This document shows positions 10,320 through 20,789 of a stretch of 64,000 bases of DNA, in pieces. The notes below the pieces were generated by a model. The model had not been told where the DNA came from. It searched no databases and was given only the letters and a program-made list of their open reading frames with translations. This stretch comes from Deltaproteobacteria bacterium (lineage in GTDB: Bacteria > Myxococcota_A > UBA9160 > SMWR01): the NCBI GenBank assembly GCA_032128375.1, contig JAQBGU010000209.1, positions 1 through 64,000 on the forward strand, in the 5' to 3' direction. How positions within the stretch are numbered: the first letter of the stretch is position 1; every line of letters starts with the position of its first letter. The position numbers were made by a program, and so were the translations under genes.

Positions 10320-11321
10320 ATGAAAATAATGGTCACCGGCGGAACCGGATTCGTTGGCTCTCACGCAGTGGAGGCGCTGGTCGCCGCGGGTCACGAGGTG
10401 CACCTGCTCGTGCGCAACCCGACGAAGATCGACGCGGTATTCAAACAGCGCGGAATCGAAATCGCCGGCCACACGGTTGGCGACATGGCGGACGCAGACG
10501 CCGTCAGGAACGCGATGACTGGATGCGACGCCGTACTGCATGCGGCCGCCAACCTGTACGGCGGTGATGCGGTACTCGACGCGAACGTGTGCGGTGTCAA
10601 AAACGCCGTCGGCATCGCGTGCGAGCTCGGTCTCGACCCGATCTTGTACATCTCCACGATCGCCGCGATGTATCCGCCGCCGGGCGACGTCATCGGTGTG
10701 GATGACCCTATTGTCAACTTGAAAACGACCTACGGTCGGTCGAAGGCCGAAGGCGAGCGCTATGCCAGGGAACTCCAAGCGGCTACGAAGCCCGTGGTCA
10801 CGATCTACCCGGCCGGCATCTACGGCCCAAACGATCCGGGAATGAGCGAACCGCTGAAGGGGCTCCGCGACGCACTTCGTTTCGGCTGGCCGATTACCGC
10901 TACCGGTGTGTCGATCATCGACGTCCGCGACCTCGCGAGCTTGGTGATTGCATGCTTGGAACCAGGGCTGGGACCGCGGCGCTTCATGGCCGGGGGCCAC
11001 TTCATCAGCTGGCCACGATTCGCCGACATCTGCGACGAAATCACAGGCCGCCACAGCCGACGGGTACATTTGCCACCGCTGGTGTTGCGTGGAATCGCGC
11101 AGCTGCTCGACCTGGCGAAAAAGCTCGTGCCGTTCGAATACCCGCTGACTCATGAGGCCAGCCTGATGATGACCAAATTCGTACCGTGCGACAGCAGCCC
11201 AACGCTCGAACAACTCGATGTCACGTTCCGGCCGACCCAGGAAACGATCGCGGATGCAATTCGTTGGTTGTACGAACAGGGCGAAATCAGCGCAAGGCTC
11301 GCCGGAAAACTGGCGCGATAG
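10320..11321 (+). CDS. NAD-dependent epimerase/dehydratase (extended SDR)
   Basis: TGGTGFVG Rossmann motif; catalytic YGRSK; IYGPND. Confidence 0.92.
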   Translation: MKIMVTGGTGFVGSHAVEALVAAGHEVHLLVRNPTKIDAVFKQRGIEIAGHTVGDMADADAVRNAMTGCDAVLHAAANLYGGDAVLDANVCGVKNAVGIACELGLDPILYISTIAAMYPPPGDVIGVDDPIVNLKTTYGRSKAEGERYARELQAATKPVVTIYPAGIYGPNDPGMSEPLKGLRDALRFGWPITATGVSIIDVRDLASLVIACLEPGLGPRRFMAGGHFISWPRFADICDEITGRHSRRVHLPPLVLRGIAQLLDLAKKLVPFEYPLTHEASLMMTKFVPCDSSPTLEQLDVTFRPTQETIADAIRWLYEQGEISARLAGKLAR

Positions 11322-11338
11322 CCGCACCCGAAGAGGGC

Positions 11339-12046
11339 CTATTCGGTCGCGGGCCTGCTCGATTGCTTACCGATTTCGTTGAAGTCAACGCGCACGAACA
11401 TGGCCTTCGCGTCTGCCGTCAGAATGTCGCCCGCGTGGCAGGTTCCTCGCACCATGATGCGGCGTCCTCTGTCTTCGCTGATCCAACCTTCGAAACGCAG
11501 ATCACAGTCGAGCGGCGTGATCGCGCGGTACTTCACCTCGAGAATGCCGGTGCCCCCGGGCCGCTCCGCGAGCCCCTGGGTGGCACCCAACAGGTCGTCG
11601 AACAACGCAGCTACCCAACCCCCGTGGACACCGTGTGGAGGCCCCTCGTAGGCAAGGCCGAGTCGCGCCAATCCGCGTATGATTGGCGTACCGTCGGGCC
11701 GCTCGCCGCGGTCTGTGAACAGCGGCGGCGCAATCGGATTCAACTGTCCGCGTACAGGGCTCTGTTCGAGATATACCTGACGTGACTCACCGCGCCATGC
11801 CGCGGTGCTGGCATTGCCAGCATACCAACGCGCGCGCGGCGGACCGTCGATCCGTGCGCGGATTTGCTGCGCCAACTCGGTCGCCCGTTTCAATCCGGCC
11901 GCATCGAGTTCGTTGACCGCGAGCGCCAGACTGATCGCGCGCAGCTCATCGGCCAGTTTCTGCGCCTCTACGCGCCATGGCGCTCTGGACCCGGTCGGCG
12001 AGATGCCGATCCCGCGCGTCGATTCGGATCCTCTATCGTCAATCAC
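11339..12046 (-). CDS. PaaI-family thioesterase (hot-dog fold)
   Basis: YEGPPHGVHGGWVAALFDDLLG; GTG start with GGAGGTGA RBS. Confidence 0.85.
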   Translation of the reverse strand: MIDDRGSESTRGIGISPTGSRAPWRVEAQKLADELRAISLALAVNELDAAGLKRATELAQQIRARIDGPPRARWYAGNASTAAWRGESRQVYLEQSPVRGQLNPIAPPLFTDRGERPDGTPIIRGLARLGLAYEGPPHGVHGGWVAALFDDLLGATQGLAERPGGTGILEVKYRAITPLDCDLRFEGWISEDRGRRIMVRGTCHAGDILTADAKAMFVRVDFNEIGKQSSRPATE

Positions 12047-12268
12047 CTGGGCCTCACCTCCAGTCTCCGTGCTCCGCGGGTCGCTTGCGTCGCGATTCGA
12101 TCGGAGCGTTGGGATCGGGTCACATGATAGAGCTCTGGTATCTTGCACAAGCCCTTCGCATTGCTACTCGCACTGCCCCGATGAATCGGCGGAAGCGTCG
12201 TCGATTCTCGAGTGCTGATGCCGCCACCAGTCACCTGTTGACGCCCACGAATACCGGGAGAATTCTCG

Positions 12269-13159
12269 ATGAGAATCAAGATGGACGACGGCGTCGCGCT
12301 TTTCGTCGATATCGATGGAGCTTCGCTGACCGCGGATGGTCCGCAGATGAAACAGCGGCCAACTGTGATCCTGTTGCATGGTGGGCCCGGCATGGACCAC
12401 TCCAGTCTGAAGCTCGAACTCGGGCACCTGACCGACATCGCTCAATTGGTCTACATCGATCACCGCGCAAACGGCCGCAGTGATTCCGGTCCGGAGCAGA
12501 CCTGGAACCTGGCCCAGTGGGGAGATGACATCCGCAACGTGTGCGACGTCCTCGGCGTGTCCTCTCCGATTGTGATGGGACAATCGTTTGGCGGCATGGT
12601 TGCCCAATCCTATGCAACCCGACACCCCGATCACCCGGCCGGTTTGATTCTCTCCAGCACCGCAGCGACCGCGAAGCCATCGAGGAATCTCGCAGTGTTC
12701 GAACGACTCGGTGGCGCGCGTGCGAGAGAAGTCGCCGCACGATTCTACGAAAACGCCTGCGCCGAAACCCTGCCCGATTTTCTCACCGAGTGCATGACGC
12801 TTTACAACACGCGATTCTCGGATCCCGACGGAATGAAGCGAGGCATCGTACGCGCCGACGTACTGTTTCATTTCTTCAAAACGGAGTATCTCGAATTCGA
12901 CTTTCTCCCCGACCTCGAAAGGATTTCCTGCCCAACGCTCGTGTTGGGTGGCGAGGAGGATCCGACTACGCCGATCGAAGACCAAGAGGACATCGTCGCG
13001 CACCTGCGCCCCGAACTCGTCGAATTTCACCGATTCGCGGACTGCGGCCACGGTGCCTACCGCGATTGCCCCGCTACAGCGATCCCCATCATCCGCGACT
13101 TCATCATTCGAAACGGTGGCGGCGACTCGAACGCCGATTCAGATCGAAATCGAAAATGA
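12269..13159 (+). CDS. Alpha/beta hydrolase (proline iminopeptidase-like)
   Basis: LHGGPG, GQSFGG nucleophile elbow, GEEDP, CGH. Confidence 0.9.
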   Translation: MRIKMDDGVALFVDIDGASLTADGPQMKQRPTVILLHGGPGMDHSSLKLELGHLTDIAQLVYIDHRANGRSDSGPEQTWNLAQWGDDIRNVCDVLGVSSPIVMGQSFGGMVAQSYATRHPDHPAGLILSSTAATAKPSRNLAVFERLGGARAREVAARFYENACAETLPDFLTECMTLYNTRFSDPDGMKRGIVRADVLFHFFKTEYLEFDFLPDLERISCPTLVLGGEEDPTTPIEDQEDIVAHLRPELVEFHRFADCGHGAYRDCPATAIPIIRDFIIRNGGGDSNADSDRNRK

Positions 13160-13243
13160 GTACTCCTGGAAATTCGGCCGACCTACCCGTGACGTCGAGA
13201 AACTCAAAGCCGCACCAAGCGGGCCCCATCCTCGAGTTCGTCG

Positions 13244-14179
13244 CTAGTGCTGCGAAACGGACGGGCTCGCGCTGCTCGCACTCGCTTCGTGAAGCTGTCC
13301 ACTCCTCAGCGCCGCTTCGAACGCTTCCTCCCAGGCGAGGTTGTTTTGGCGACCGTCGCGCACGAACGGACTCCAACGAATCGCACGCATCAGAAGGCTA
13401 CCCAGCCAAGAGCCGGGGAACCGCATGGGACGTTCGAAGTGGAGCAGCAATACCACCCGTTCCTCATCGGTGTCGTTGCGGACTTCGTGTTTCTGCGCGT
13501 CGTCGAAGATCAGACTCTCGCCCTCCGCCCAGCATCGGCGCTCGCGAGCGACTTCGATCCAGCAATTCTCCCGATCTTTGGGAATGATCAACCCGAGGTG
13601 CCATGTGATAATGGCCTTGGTGGGGCCGCGGTGACGCGGAAGGTGGCTGCCGGGAGCCAGAATCGACAGAAACGCGCTCGACAGGTTGGGTACCGAGTCC
13701 AGCAGTTTCACGGTTTCCGGACAACGCGAGCAACTGCGATCGAATCGGCTTCCATAACCGTATAGGAAGAAAGTCTTCCAGGTTCCGTCGTGGCTGAGCC
13801 GATCGTGATCGGGCGAAATTTCGTGAATCGCCGGCAGCAAGTCGCGCGCTTCGAGAACGCCCTCCGCCTCCCTGCGAATCGTCTGCCAGCTCTCCTCCAA
13901 CGTTTTCATCCACGGGAACTCGTCTCGCTCGAACCAGGGTGGATCACCGACCAATGAACTGCTGGCGAGAATTCGGTTGAATCGGCTTCGGCTGTTCTTC
14001 CCCACGCGCAGGATCGCGGCGCGATAAATGGAGTTTGCCTGCTGCCCAATGCTGCGGTTTTGTCCCGTGTCTCCGCGGGCACGGGTCTTTCTCCGGAGCT
14101 TCCGGGCTTGCTTCTTGAGCCGATCCTTTTCCTGCCTGGAAGGAATGGCCGGCTCGGCCAATGTCTGGGAGTCGCTCAT
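13244..14179 (-). CDS. Aspartyl/asparaginyl beta-hydroxylase family Fe(II)/2OG dioxygenase (LpxO-like)
   Basis: WKTFFLYGYG, CPET, SILAPGSHLPRHRGP, HLGL, FDD...HEV, RVVL. Confidence 0.88.
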   Translation of the reverse strand: MSDSQTLAEPAIPSRQEKDRLKKQARKLRRKTRARGDTGQNRSIGQQANSIYRAAILRVGKNSRSRFNRILASSSLVGDPPWFERDEFPWMKTLEESWQTIRREAEGVLEARDLLPAIHEISPDHDRLSHDGTWKTFFLYGYGSRFDRSCSRCPETVKLLDSVPNLSSAFLSILAPGSHLPRHRGPTKAIITWHLGLIIPKDRENCWIEVARERRCWAEGESLIFDDAQKHEVRNDTDEERVVLLLHFERPMRFPGSWLGSLLMRAIRWSPFVRDGRQNNLAWEEAFEAALRSGQLHEASASSASPSVSQH

Positions 14180-14340
14180 CTGGACTCTCCCGAAGTGTCG
14201 CGATGCTGAAAGGTTCCGAGATTCTCGCGCGACAACTGAGATTTCGCAAAACGCAAATTCCCTTTTGCGCGAGCCTCGCACTCTGACCCGGTCCGCATGG
14301 TACTCTCCGAAGCCACAGTACCCCGTTGGCTAGCTACATT

Positions 14341-15711
14341 TCAGCCGGCATTCGGTTGTCTGGCGATTCCTGCGGCTGAATTTGTGAGTTGGCTGGCATT
14401 TTCTGTTGGATTTTTCACCCAACGTGCAGCGACACCGGCAGCGCACCCGCTCTTCGCGCAAAAAACACTGCGCAACACCTCAGCTGCTACTTGGGATGCG
14501 TTTCGCCAATACAGATCGCCTTGCACCAACAGCACTGCAATGGCGATTTTCGGGTCATCGGCGGGCGCGACACCCATGAACCATTCGTAGCGACCCTTGG
14601 GATCGTCACCAGAAAGGCTGCCGGTCTTACCGGCCACCCGAACTGGGCCCAACAGCGCCATCCCGTTCCGCTTGCGAAACGCTCGACGTGCGGTGCCCTT
14701 CGTCGTGGTGTCGACCAGCATCTCGCGCAGTTCGGCCGCGAGTTCCGGGGTCATGACCTGCCGTATCGGGCCAACCGCCGGAAGCGGCAGCTCTCGACCC
14801 GTATCGTCGAATACGCCCTCGATCCAGCGAGGCTCCAACAGTTCGCCTCGACTCAGCGTCGACGCCAATTGTGCTGCGTGTAGCGGTGTAATCAAGCTGC
14901 CCGCCAACCCGCATCCCAGTTGGCCCACCGCATAGCTGTCTTCGCCCGGATCGGCGCTCCCCGCCGAGTGGGCCGGTGCGGGTTCCGATAACCAGCCAAA
15001 TCGCAGGATCGCCTCCATCAACGAGCTGCCCCCCACCGCGTGAACCGCGAGCTGAGCGAAGCACTGGTTGTTCGAACTCGCGAGTGCGCCGCGCAGCGAC
15101 ACCTCATTGCCCGCCTTGGGGGGATCGATTCGCGAGCGAGTCAATCGGTAGGGGCTCCCGCTGAAGCGGCATGGCAAGCGAGCCAAGCCCGGATCTCGAT
15201 CGAGCGCTGCCGCAGCCGTAATCACTTTGATCAGCGAAGCGGCGGGATAGGCACGGGTCGGTGGAAACCGATCAGTGTCAGTCGAGGCATACGAGAGCAC
15301 TCGTCCAGTCTTCGGGTCGAGCAAGATCACATGCCCCAAAGCGACTCTGGCATTGCGCAAGACACCAAATACGCTGCGAGTCAGATCTGGATCGAACGTG
15401 TAATCGACCCGAACCGTGCGGAGATCTCGTTCGGCGTCATTTCCGGTCGCGTCGGCAACGGCAACCATCTCGTGGAAACGATCCGCTCCGAGCTGGTTCG
15501 GACCGACGGCCAGATCCAGTACGGCCTGGGTGACTGGAAGGCGCTCGAACAGTGAATCTGGCGGACGATCCGGAATGGGGACGGACTGATCCGTCCGTAG
15601 CGACACTTGCGCGGTCACCTCTGGCTCGGGTGACGAACCGAAGGCGATCCATGCAACCAATACGAATCCCAAAAGAGTCGTCATGATGGTTGCGAGACCA
15701 CGCTGGCTCAC
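14341..15711 (-). CDS. Penicillin-binding protein, transpeptidase domain with N-terminal TM anchor; start approximate
   Basis: SxxK (ASLIK), SxN (SSN) and KTG (KTGS) motifs. Confidence 0.88.
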   Translation of the reverse strand: MSQRGLATIMTTLLGFVLVAWIAFGSSPEPEVTAQVSLRTDQSVPIPDRPPDSLFERLPVTQAVLDLAVGPNQLGADRFHEMVAVADATGNDAERDLRTVRVDYTFDPDLTRSVFGVLRNARVALGHVILLDPKTGRVLSYASTDTDRFPPTRAYPAASLIKVITAAAALDRDPGLARLPCRFSGSPYRLTRSRIDPPKAGNEVSLRGALASSNNQCFAQLAVHAVGGSSLMEAILRFGWLSEPAPAHSAGSADPGEDSYAVGQLGCGLAGSLITPLHAAQLASTLSRGELLEPRWIEGVFDDTGRELPLPAVGPIRQVMTPELAAELREMLVDTTTKGTARRAFRKRNGMALLGPVRVAGKTGSLSGDDPKGRYEWFMGVAPADDPKIAIAVLLVQGDLYWRNASQVAAEVLRSVFCAKSGCAAGVAARWVKNPTENASQLTNSAAGIARQPNAG

Positions 15712-15958
15712 CTTGCGCTGCCGGCGGTGCTGCGACTCGCGCCAGCGGCACTCGACGTCGGCGTTTCCAGATCGGTCTCCCCACTTCAAGCCGTAGACTC
15801 CCCCGATGGATTTCAATCGTTGGTGAAACTGTTGGGGGGGGAACGCCTCCGGCGCGAAAACCGCGCACTGATTGGTTACAAGATCAACTGGCCCAAGGCA
15901 ATGCTCCGCGAAAGATCTGCCGGGCGTACCCGTCGCACGCCCTTGAAGGCTACTCAGC

Positions 15959-16549
15959 CTAAGCCGCGACAACCTCCCGAATCTGCGGAATCGCTTGCTT
16001 CAATCGGGTCTCGATCGCAGTCTTCAGGGTCAGGGACGCACTCGGGCATCCGCTGCAGGCACCTCTCATCTGAAGCTCGACGATTCCATCGCGGTATCCG
16101 ACAAAGACAACGTCCCCGCCGTCGCGCGCAACGGCCGGTCGGATCTGTTCGTCGATGACCCGGCAGATGTGAGCCACCAACTCGTTACCCTGCCCATCAC
16201 GAAGAGACAATTCCGGCGTTTCGTAGCGCGGACCGAGTGCGGGATCGCCGGAAGCGAGATGAGCCCTGATCGCCTCGACGATTGACTGCGCGATGTCGAG
16301 CCATTCGACCGCGTTGGTCTTGGAGACTGTGACGAAATTCGCTGCTACGAAGACCCCACCAACACCTTCGACAGAGAACAAAGCCGATGCCAGTGGCGAC
16401 ACGTCCCACCGGGGGCGCGATTCGAAGTTCGCTGCAGTTCCAGCTGCGGCAATCGGTTCACCGAGCACCCACTTGAGACTGTCGGGGTTGGGAGTCCGCT
16501 CGGCGTGCATACGCAGACCCCGCTGTAGCTCCGAACTCAGTAGGGGCAT
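15959..16549 (-). CDS. NifU/Nfu1-family Fe-S cluster carrier
   Basis: N-terminal TPNPDSLK scaffold domain; C-terminal IRPAVARDGGD...GACSGCPSA. Confidence 0.93.
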   Translation of the reverse strand: MPLLSSELQRGLRMHAERTPNPDSLKWVLGEPIAAAGTAANFESRPRWDVSPLASALFSVEGVGGVFVAANFVTVSKTNAVEWLDIAQSIVEAIRAHLASGDPALGPRYETPELSLRDGQGNELVAHICRVIDEQIRPAVARDGGDVVFVGYRDGIVELQMRGACSGCPSASLTLKTAIETRLKQAIPQIREVVAA

Positions 16550-16788
16550 TTGCGCACCTCCGCGGCGAAGTCACGAAGGTAGAGCGAGTCAGCTGACGAG
16601 CCAAGGGCGGCGGCGGTTCAGTTCTTCCAACCTCGAGGTCGAAGTAGGGATTTGCGCCGTCGCTTCGCCGCTCGCCAGATGATCGGGGCGCGACTCAGCC
16701 GCGGACGCCCAGAACCTTTCTCAATTGGCACCCGCACTTCGTGTTGAAGGCTGCAGCGACCGACTCCGAGCCGAGCGACACCGGTGCC

Positions 16789-17583
16789 TCAATCGAATAG
16801 CATCGACTCGACGGTCGCGAGTTCGAACACAGCGTGGCCCGCGCGGCGCGCCAGCTCGGCTTCGCGCGCTCCGTTGTAGCCCCAAGCTGCAAGCGCACAA
16901 CGCACCCCGAGCTTCGCGACGACCTCGAGGTGATTCAGCTTGTCGTCGATGAAGACCATCTGGTCGAATGCGACCCCCGAAAAATCGCGCAGCGCTGCGA
17001 AGTGCTGGTCTTTGTGGACGCCGGCTTCCTTGTCGAACACGCGAGCAGGCGGAAACAAGTCCACGATCCCATAGTCTTCGAGCAAAATCTCGACGCTCCG
17101 TCGATCTTTCGCGGTAGCAATCGTCAGAATCGTATCGCTCGATCTGCGACGCAGAAGGTCCACAAACTGCCGATATGGGCTCATCAGGCGGCTCCAACCC
17201 TGCGGGTCGTTTGTCGATAGCAGCGTTCTGATCTCGTAGAAGCGCCGGTGAAACAACGCGAGCCAAGCCGGGTCGAGCGTCGCGCGCCAGAGATCGTAGT
17301 CCTTCTGTTCGCGAAGCTGCTCGCCCGCGTCGAGGGCCCGAAGCACCACCCCGAAATCCTCTGCGCGATTGCCCAGAGGCATCAACTCGACAAATGCGTC
17401 GTAGAGCGGATCGCTTGCGACCGATGCCAGTAGCGGTGCGCGTCCAACCGAAAACCCGGTGAGCCGGTTTCCGTAGCCAGAATCGGAAACCAGTTCAAGG
17501 TATGTCAGCAGCCCGACTGTAAATGATTCCGGAGCGCTATCGGAGATGACCCCGTCGAAGTCGAGCGCGAGCAATTGGGGCAC
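16789..17583 (-). CDS. HAD-family hydrolase
   Basis: Motif I DFDGVISDS; motif IV FIDDK; WGY. Confidence 0.85.
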   Translation of the reverse strand: MPQLLALDFDGVISDSAPESFTVGLLTYLELVSDSGYGNRLTGFSVGRAPLLASVASDPLYDAFVELMPLGNRAEDFGVVLRALDAGEQLREQKDYDLWRATLDPAWLALFHRRFYEIRTLLSTNDPQGWSRLMSPYRQFVDLLRRRSSDTILTIATAKDRRSVEILLEDYGIVDLFPPARVFDKEAGVHKDQHFAALRDFSGVAFDQMVFIDDKLNHLEVVAKLGVRCALAAWGYNGAREAELARRAGHAVFELATVESMLFD

Positions 17584-17702
17584 GCATCGAGTCTAGCAGC
17601 CCGATGAAGAACCCCGTCGAGGCGGCTGCGGGTCTGTCTCGATTCGATGTCGAGGGCGCCGAGACTCAGGCGCGAAACCGCAGTCGTAGTTCAGCCTGAG
17701 GG

Positions 17703-18350
17703 CTAGCGGCGACAGACGCTAGCCCACGCATCACGGTGCAAAAGTTGCACGCGCCTGACCAGCTCTGCCTGTTCGAGATCCAGTCGGCCGACCGTTTCGG
17801 CGAGTTCGGCGATCGCATCCCACGGCTCTCCGTCCGGGACTCGCTCATCGATCCGAGCGAAGGCGCGTTCGAGCGATTCTTCCGCTCGATCTCGATCCTC
17901 GCGCAGCAGGTACTTCATGGCTGCGACCGAGTTCATCAATGCGCTCTCGGTCAGGGACCACTCGCGACCGCGGGCCATCGGGTTGTCGAGGTCGTAGCTT
18001 TCGTCGCGATCGATCGACTTCGCGAAGACTTCGATATCAACGCGCCAAAACAGTGAAAAACCGGCGAACTGAGCAAACACGAGTCGTCGCTTCCCTGAAT
18101 TCTGGAGCATCGGGTCGCTGCGCAGCGAATCGAGCGGAGCCACATCGGCGAGAATATCGTCGAGTCGATCGATTGCGCCTTCGAACACAGCATCGGGAAG
18201 TTCCCAGAACACATCGATATCGCTGTATGGATCGGCGGTCGCGATTGCCAGTGAACCTCGCAGTCCACTGGCCGATTCGGGATACGAATGGCCGAGCGCT
18301 CTCGTCACCGAAGCCGCGAGCGAAGCCCGCTCGGCCGGATCGAGGTTCAC
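17703..18350 (-). CDS. Pol-beta superfamily nucleotidyltransferase domain protein
   Basis: GS-x-DxD signature LRGSLAIATADPYSDID; third acidic residue in RVDI; helical C-terminus. Confidence 0.78.
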   Translation of the reverse strand: MNLDPAERASLAASVTRALGHSYPESASGLRGSLAIATADPYSDIDVFWELPDAVFEGAIDRLDDILADVAPLDSLRSDPMLQNSGKRRLVFAQFAGFSLFWRVDIEVFAKSIDRDESYDLDNPMARGREWSLTESALMNSVAAMKYLLREDRDRAEESLERAFARIDERVPDGEPWDAIAELAETVGRLDLEQAELVRRVQLLHRDAWASVCRR

Positions 18351-18775
18351 GACTCGGCCGCGAACTTTTCCGCCAGCCTGATGGACACGACACGTAGTTC
18401 CTCGTCGTCGCCGCGAACGCGCGTGTGGAGTTTCAGCGTTTCTCCCGACGAGCGCGGAATCAGATGCTGGTGGTAGTGGAAGACTGTCTGTCCAGCGGCC
18501 GCCCCGTTGAGCTGAAACAGACCGAGTCCATCAGGCTGCAGCTCACTGCGGATCGCCAGCGCGAGACGCCGCGATGCGCGCGCGACCGCTGCCAGAGTTT
18601 CCGCGGGTATTTCGAAAATGTTCTCGTAGTGTTCCTTGGGGATCACCAGGCTGTGTCCCGGCGCCACCGGGAAAATGTTCATGAAAGTCATCGTGAGTTC
18701 GTCTTCGCAGACCTGAAAGCTAGGTGCGTTTCGACCCACAATCCTGCAGAAGATGCAGCCGCTCTGATCGGTCAC
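18347..18775 (-). CDS. HIT family hydrolase
   Basis: CIFC zinc motif; PGHSLVIPKEH; histidine triad AGQTVFHYHQHLIPR. Confidence 0.95.
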   Translation of the reverse strand: MTDQSGCIFCRIVGRNAPSFQVCEDELTMTFMNIFPVAPGHSLVIPKEHYENIFEIPAETLAAVARASRRLALAIRSELQPDGLGLFQLNGAAAGQTVFHYHQHLIPRSSGETLKLHTRVRGDDEELRVVSIRLAEKFAAES

Positions 18776-18791
18776 CCAGGTTCTCCGAAGT

Positions 18792-19421
18792 CTAGGGTTT
18801 CACCAGCGGGTGGTCCGCCACACCGAGTCGCTCGCGCAGCCGATCGAACACAACGTGAACGTCCGGGTGAAGTTCGTGCCGACGCGTAGCCCGCGCCACC
18901 CCATGCAGAGAGATCGGATAGCCCAGTGCGGACGGCAACGGTCCCTTGGGAGCGAGCAATCGCTTGGCGTCGACACAGCGGTACGCGGCTTCGTCCGACG
19001 CGGCGGGTAGGTGCTCCTTCAACGCGCGCTGGGCGCGTGGAATGTCGGCGGCGTTCTGCAACGTTCGACAAATCGCGTCTGGTACCAGCAGATAGCTCTC
19101 GATGTGCCGGCGCCCCCAGGTAAAGAACTCGAGTCCAGGTTCGTTGTCGGTCTCCGGCTGAGCGCCGTCATCGCGGTCGAGGATGCACAAACCACGGATT
19201 CCCTGCTTCAGGCCACCGGCCCGGCGAAAGTGCTCGATCGCCCGGGCCGGCCTGCGGCCTCCCAGTATCACTGAGGCGCGGAACAGCCGACGCGCGACGG
19301 ATGGCATGAGGCGGTAAGCCCATTCGCGCAGGATCGCGTTGTCTCTCGGACCCTCGACGTAGAGGAAGAATTGAGCGCTTCGGTCGTCGAGGGGGCCGGA
19401 AACGGGGTCAACTTGCGCCAA
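18792..19421 (-). CDS. Stand-alone TOPRIM-like domain protein (OLD-nuclease/DUF4435-type)
   Basis: LYVEGPRD, CILDRDD and RRHIESYLL match the TOPRIM E, DxD and ExY motifs. Confidence 0.65.
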   Translation of the reverse strand: MAQVDPVSGPLDDRSAQFFLYVEGPRDNAILREWAYRLMPSVARRLFRASVILGGRRPARAIEHFRRAGGLKQGIRGLCILDRDDGAQPETDNEPGLEFFTWGRRHIESYLLVPDAICRTLQNAADIPRAQRALKEHLPAASDEAAYRCVDAKRLLAPKGPLPSALGYPISLHGVARATRRHELHPDVHVVFDRLRERLGVADHPLVKP

Positions 19422-19566
19422 TTCGGATCCCCCCGGAGAAGAACACTGGCTTCGATCCTAGCCTGCAATTGTCGCGAGGTCCCGTAGGGAGGCACCGCCA
19501 AACGAGGTTTGAGCGAGATTCAAGGCAGACGGGATCGGGAGGGTACGGCCGATCGAGTAGGAACGA

Positions 19567-20736
19567 TCATTTTCGTTGCGTGACTGCGAGGACTTCGACA
19601 TGGGGTGTCTGGGGAAACATGTCGAAGGCCTGCACTGACGTCAGTTCGTAGTCCCAAAACGCCAATAAAGAAAGGTCACGCGCGAGCGTCGCCGGGTCAC
19701 AGGAGAGGTACACGAAACGTTTTGGTTCGATCGACGCCAGGAACTCAGCAGCTCCGTCCGGAAGACCGGTACGTGGGGGGTCGAGAACGATTACGTCCGG
19801 CTCGAGGTCTCGGAATCTGCGATTTGCGATTGCGACTTCGACGGATTCGGCCACCACGCGCACGCAGTCGATGCCAGCGCTTGCAACGTTCCATTCGAGG
19901 TCTCGTGCAGCGGTAGGGTTGGCCTCGACCGCCAGGACAGCTTCGAACTGCGCCGCCAAACCCAGCGTGAGAAACCCAGCGCCAGCGAAGAGGTCGAAAG
20001 CCAGCTGCCCTCGGCCCGCTGCGGAATGCACAGCATCGACGAGGGGCCCGAGCAAAGACGCGTTCGATTGGACGAACACGCCTTCGGAAAATCCGATCTG
20101 GTTGCCACCGACCTGCAGCGAAAGTCGCTGACTGTCTTTCATTGGGATCTGCTCGCCCTTGCGACCCGGCAGTCGAGATACGCGCGACGTCCGATCGCCG
20201 TTCGGTGTGTGTCCAACAGACAGCTCCCACTCACCATCAGGCGGGGACTCGATAGCGAGCGCGGCGAGACTCTGGTCTAGTGCGTCGACGAGCAGCGGGC
20301 AGCGGGAAATCGCACACAGCGCATGGGATCGACGTCGTCGGTAACCGACACGCCCTCGAGAAGCCAATACGCGGCTGCGGGAGCGATAGCCGAACGGGTT
20401 GGGCGATGGCATGATCGTCGGCGTCGGGGGCGAAAGGCCGCCGATCCGACGCAACGCCGCCGTCACGATTGCCAGCTTCGCATCGAGCTGAGCGGGATAG
20501 CTGACGTGTTGCCACGCGCACCCGCCACAGGAGCCGTACACCGGACAGATCGGATCGATCCGCGCCGGGCCTGCTTGCAGCAACGTTTCCACCCGACCCC
20601 GAGAAAAGCGCGCTTGGCGATCGACAATCTGGACCCGCACGCGGTCGCCAGGCGCGGTGAACGGGACGAACACGACCCGACCGTCGGACGCGCGGCCTAC
20701 GCCGTCACCCCCCGCAGCGAGCTCGTCGATCTGCAA
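19567..20736 (-). CDS. rlmD: 23S rRNA (uracil-5-)-methyltransferase with TRAM domain
   Basis: TRAM domain; 4Fe-4S CPVYGSCGGC; FVQSN, DPPRTG, YLSCDPATLARD, DMFPQTPHVE. Confidence 0.92.
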   Translation of the reverse strand: MQIDELAAGGDGVGRASDGRVVFVPFTAPGDRVRVQIVDRQARFSRGRVETLLQAGPARIDPICPVYGSCGGCAWQHVSYPAQLDAKLAIVTAALRRIGGLSPPTPTIMPSPNPFGYRSRSRVLASRGRVGYRRRRSHALCAISRCPLLVDALDQSLAALAIESPPDGEWELSVGHTPNGDRTSRVSRLPGRKGEQIPMKDSQRLSLQVGGNQIGFSEGVFVQSNASLLGPLVDAVHSAAGRGQLAFDLFAGAGFLTLGLAAQFEAVLAVEANPTAARDLEWNVASAGIDCVRVVAESVEVAIANRRFRDLEPDVIVLDPPRTGLPDGAAEFLASIEPKRFVYLSCDPATLARDLSLLAFWDYELTSVQAFDMFPQTPHVEVLAVTQRK

Positions 20737-20789
20737 TTCGACCGCATTGTCGGCCGCTTCAGCGCGGCCCGATCGACGACGGCGGCGGG

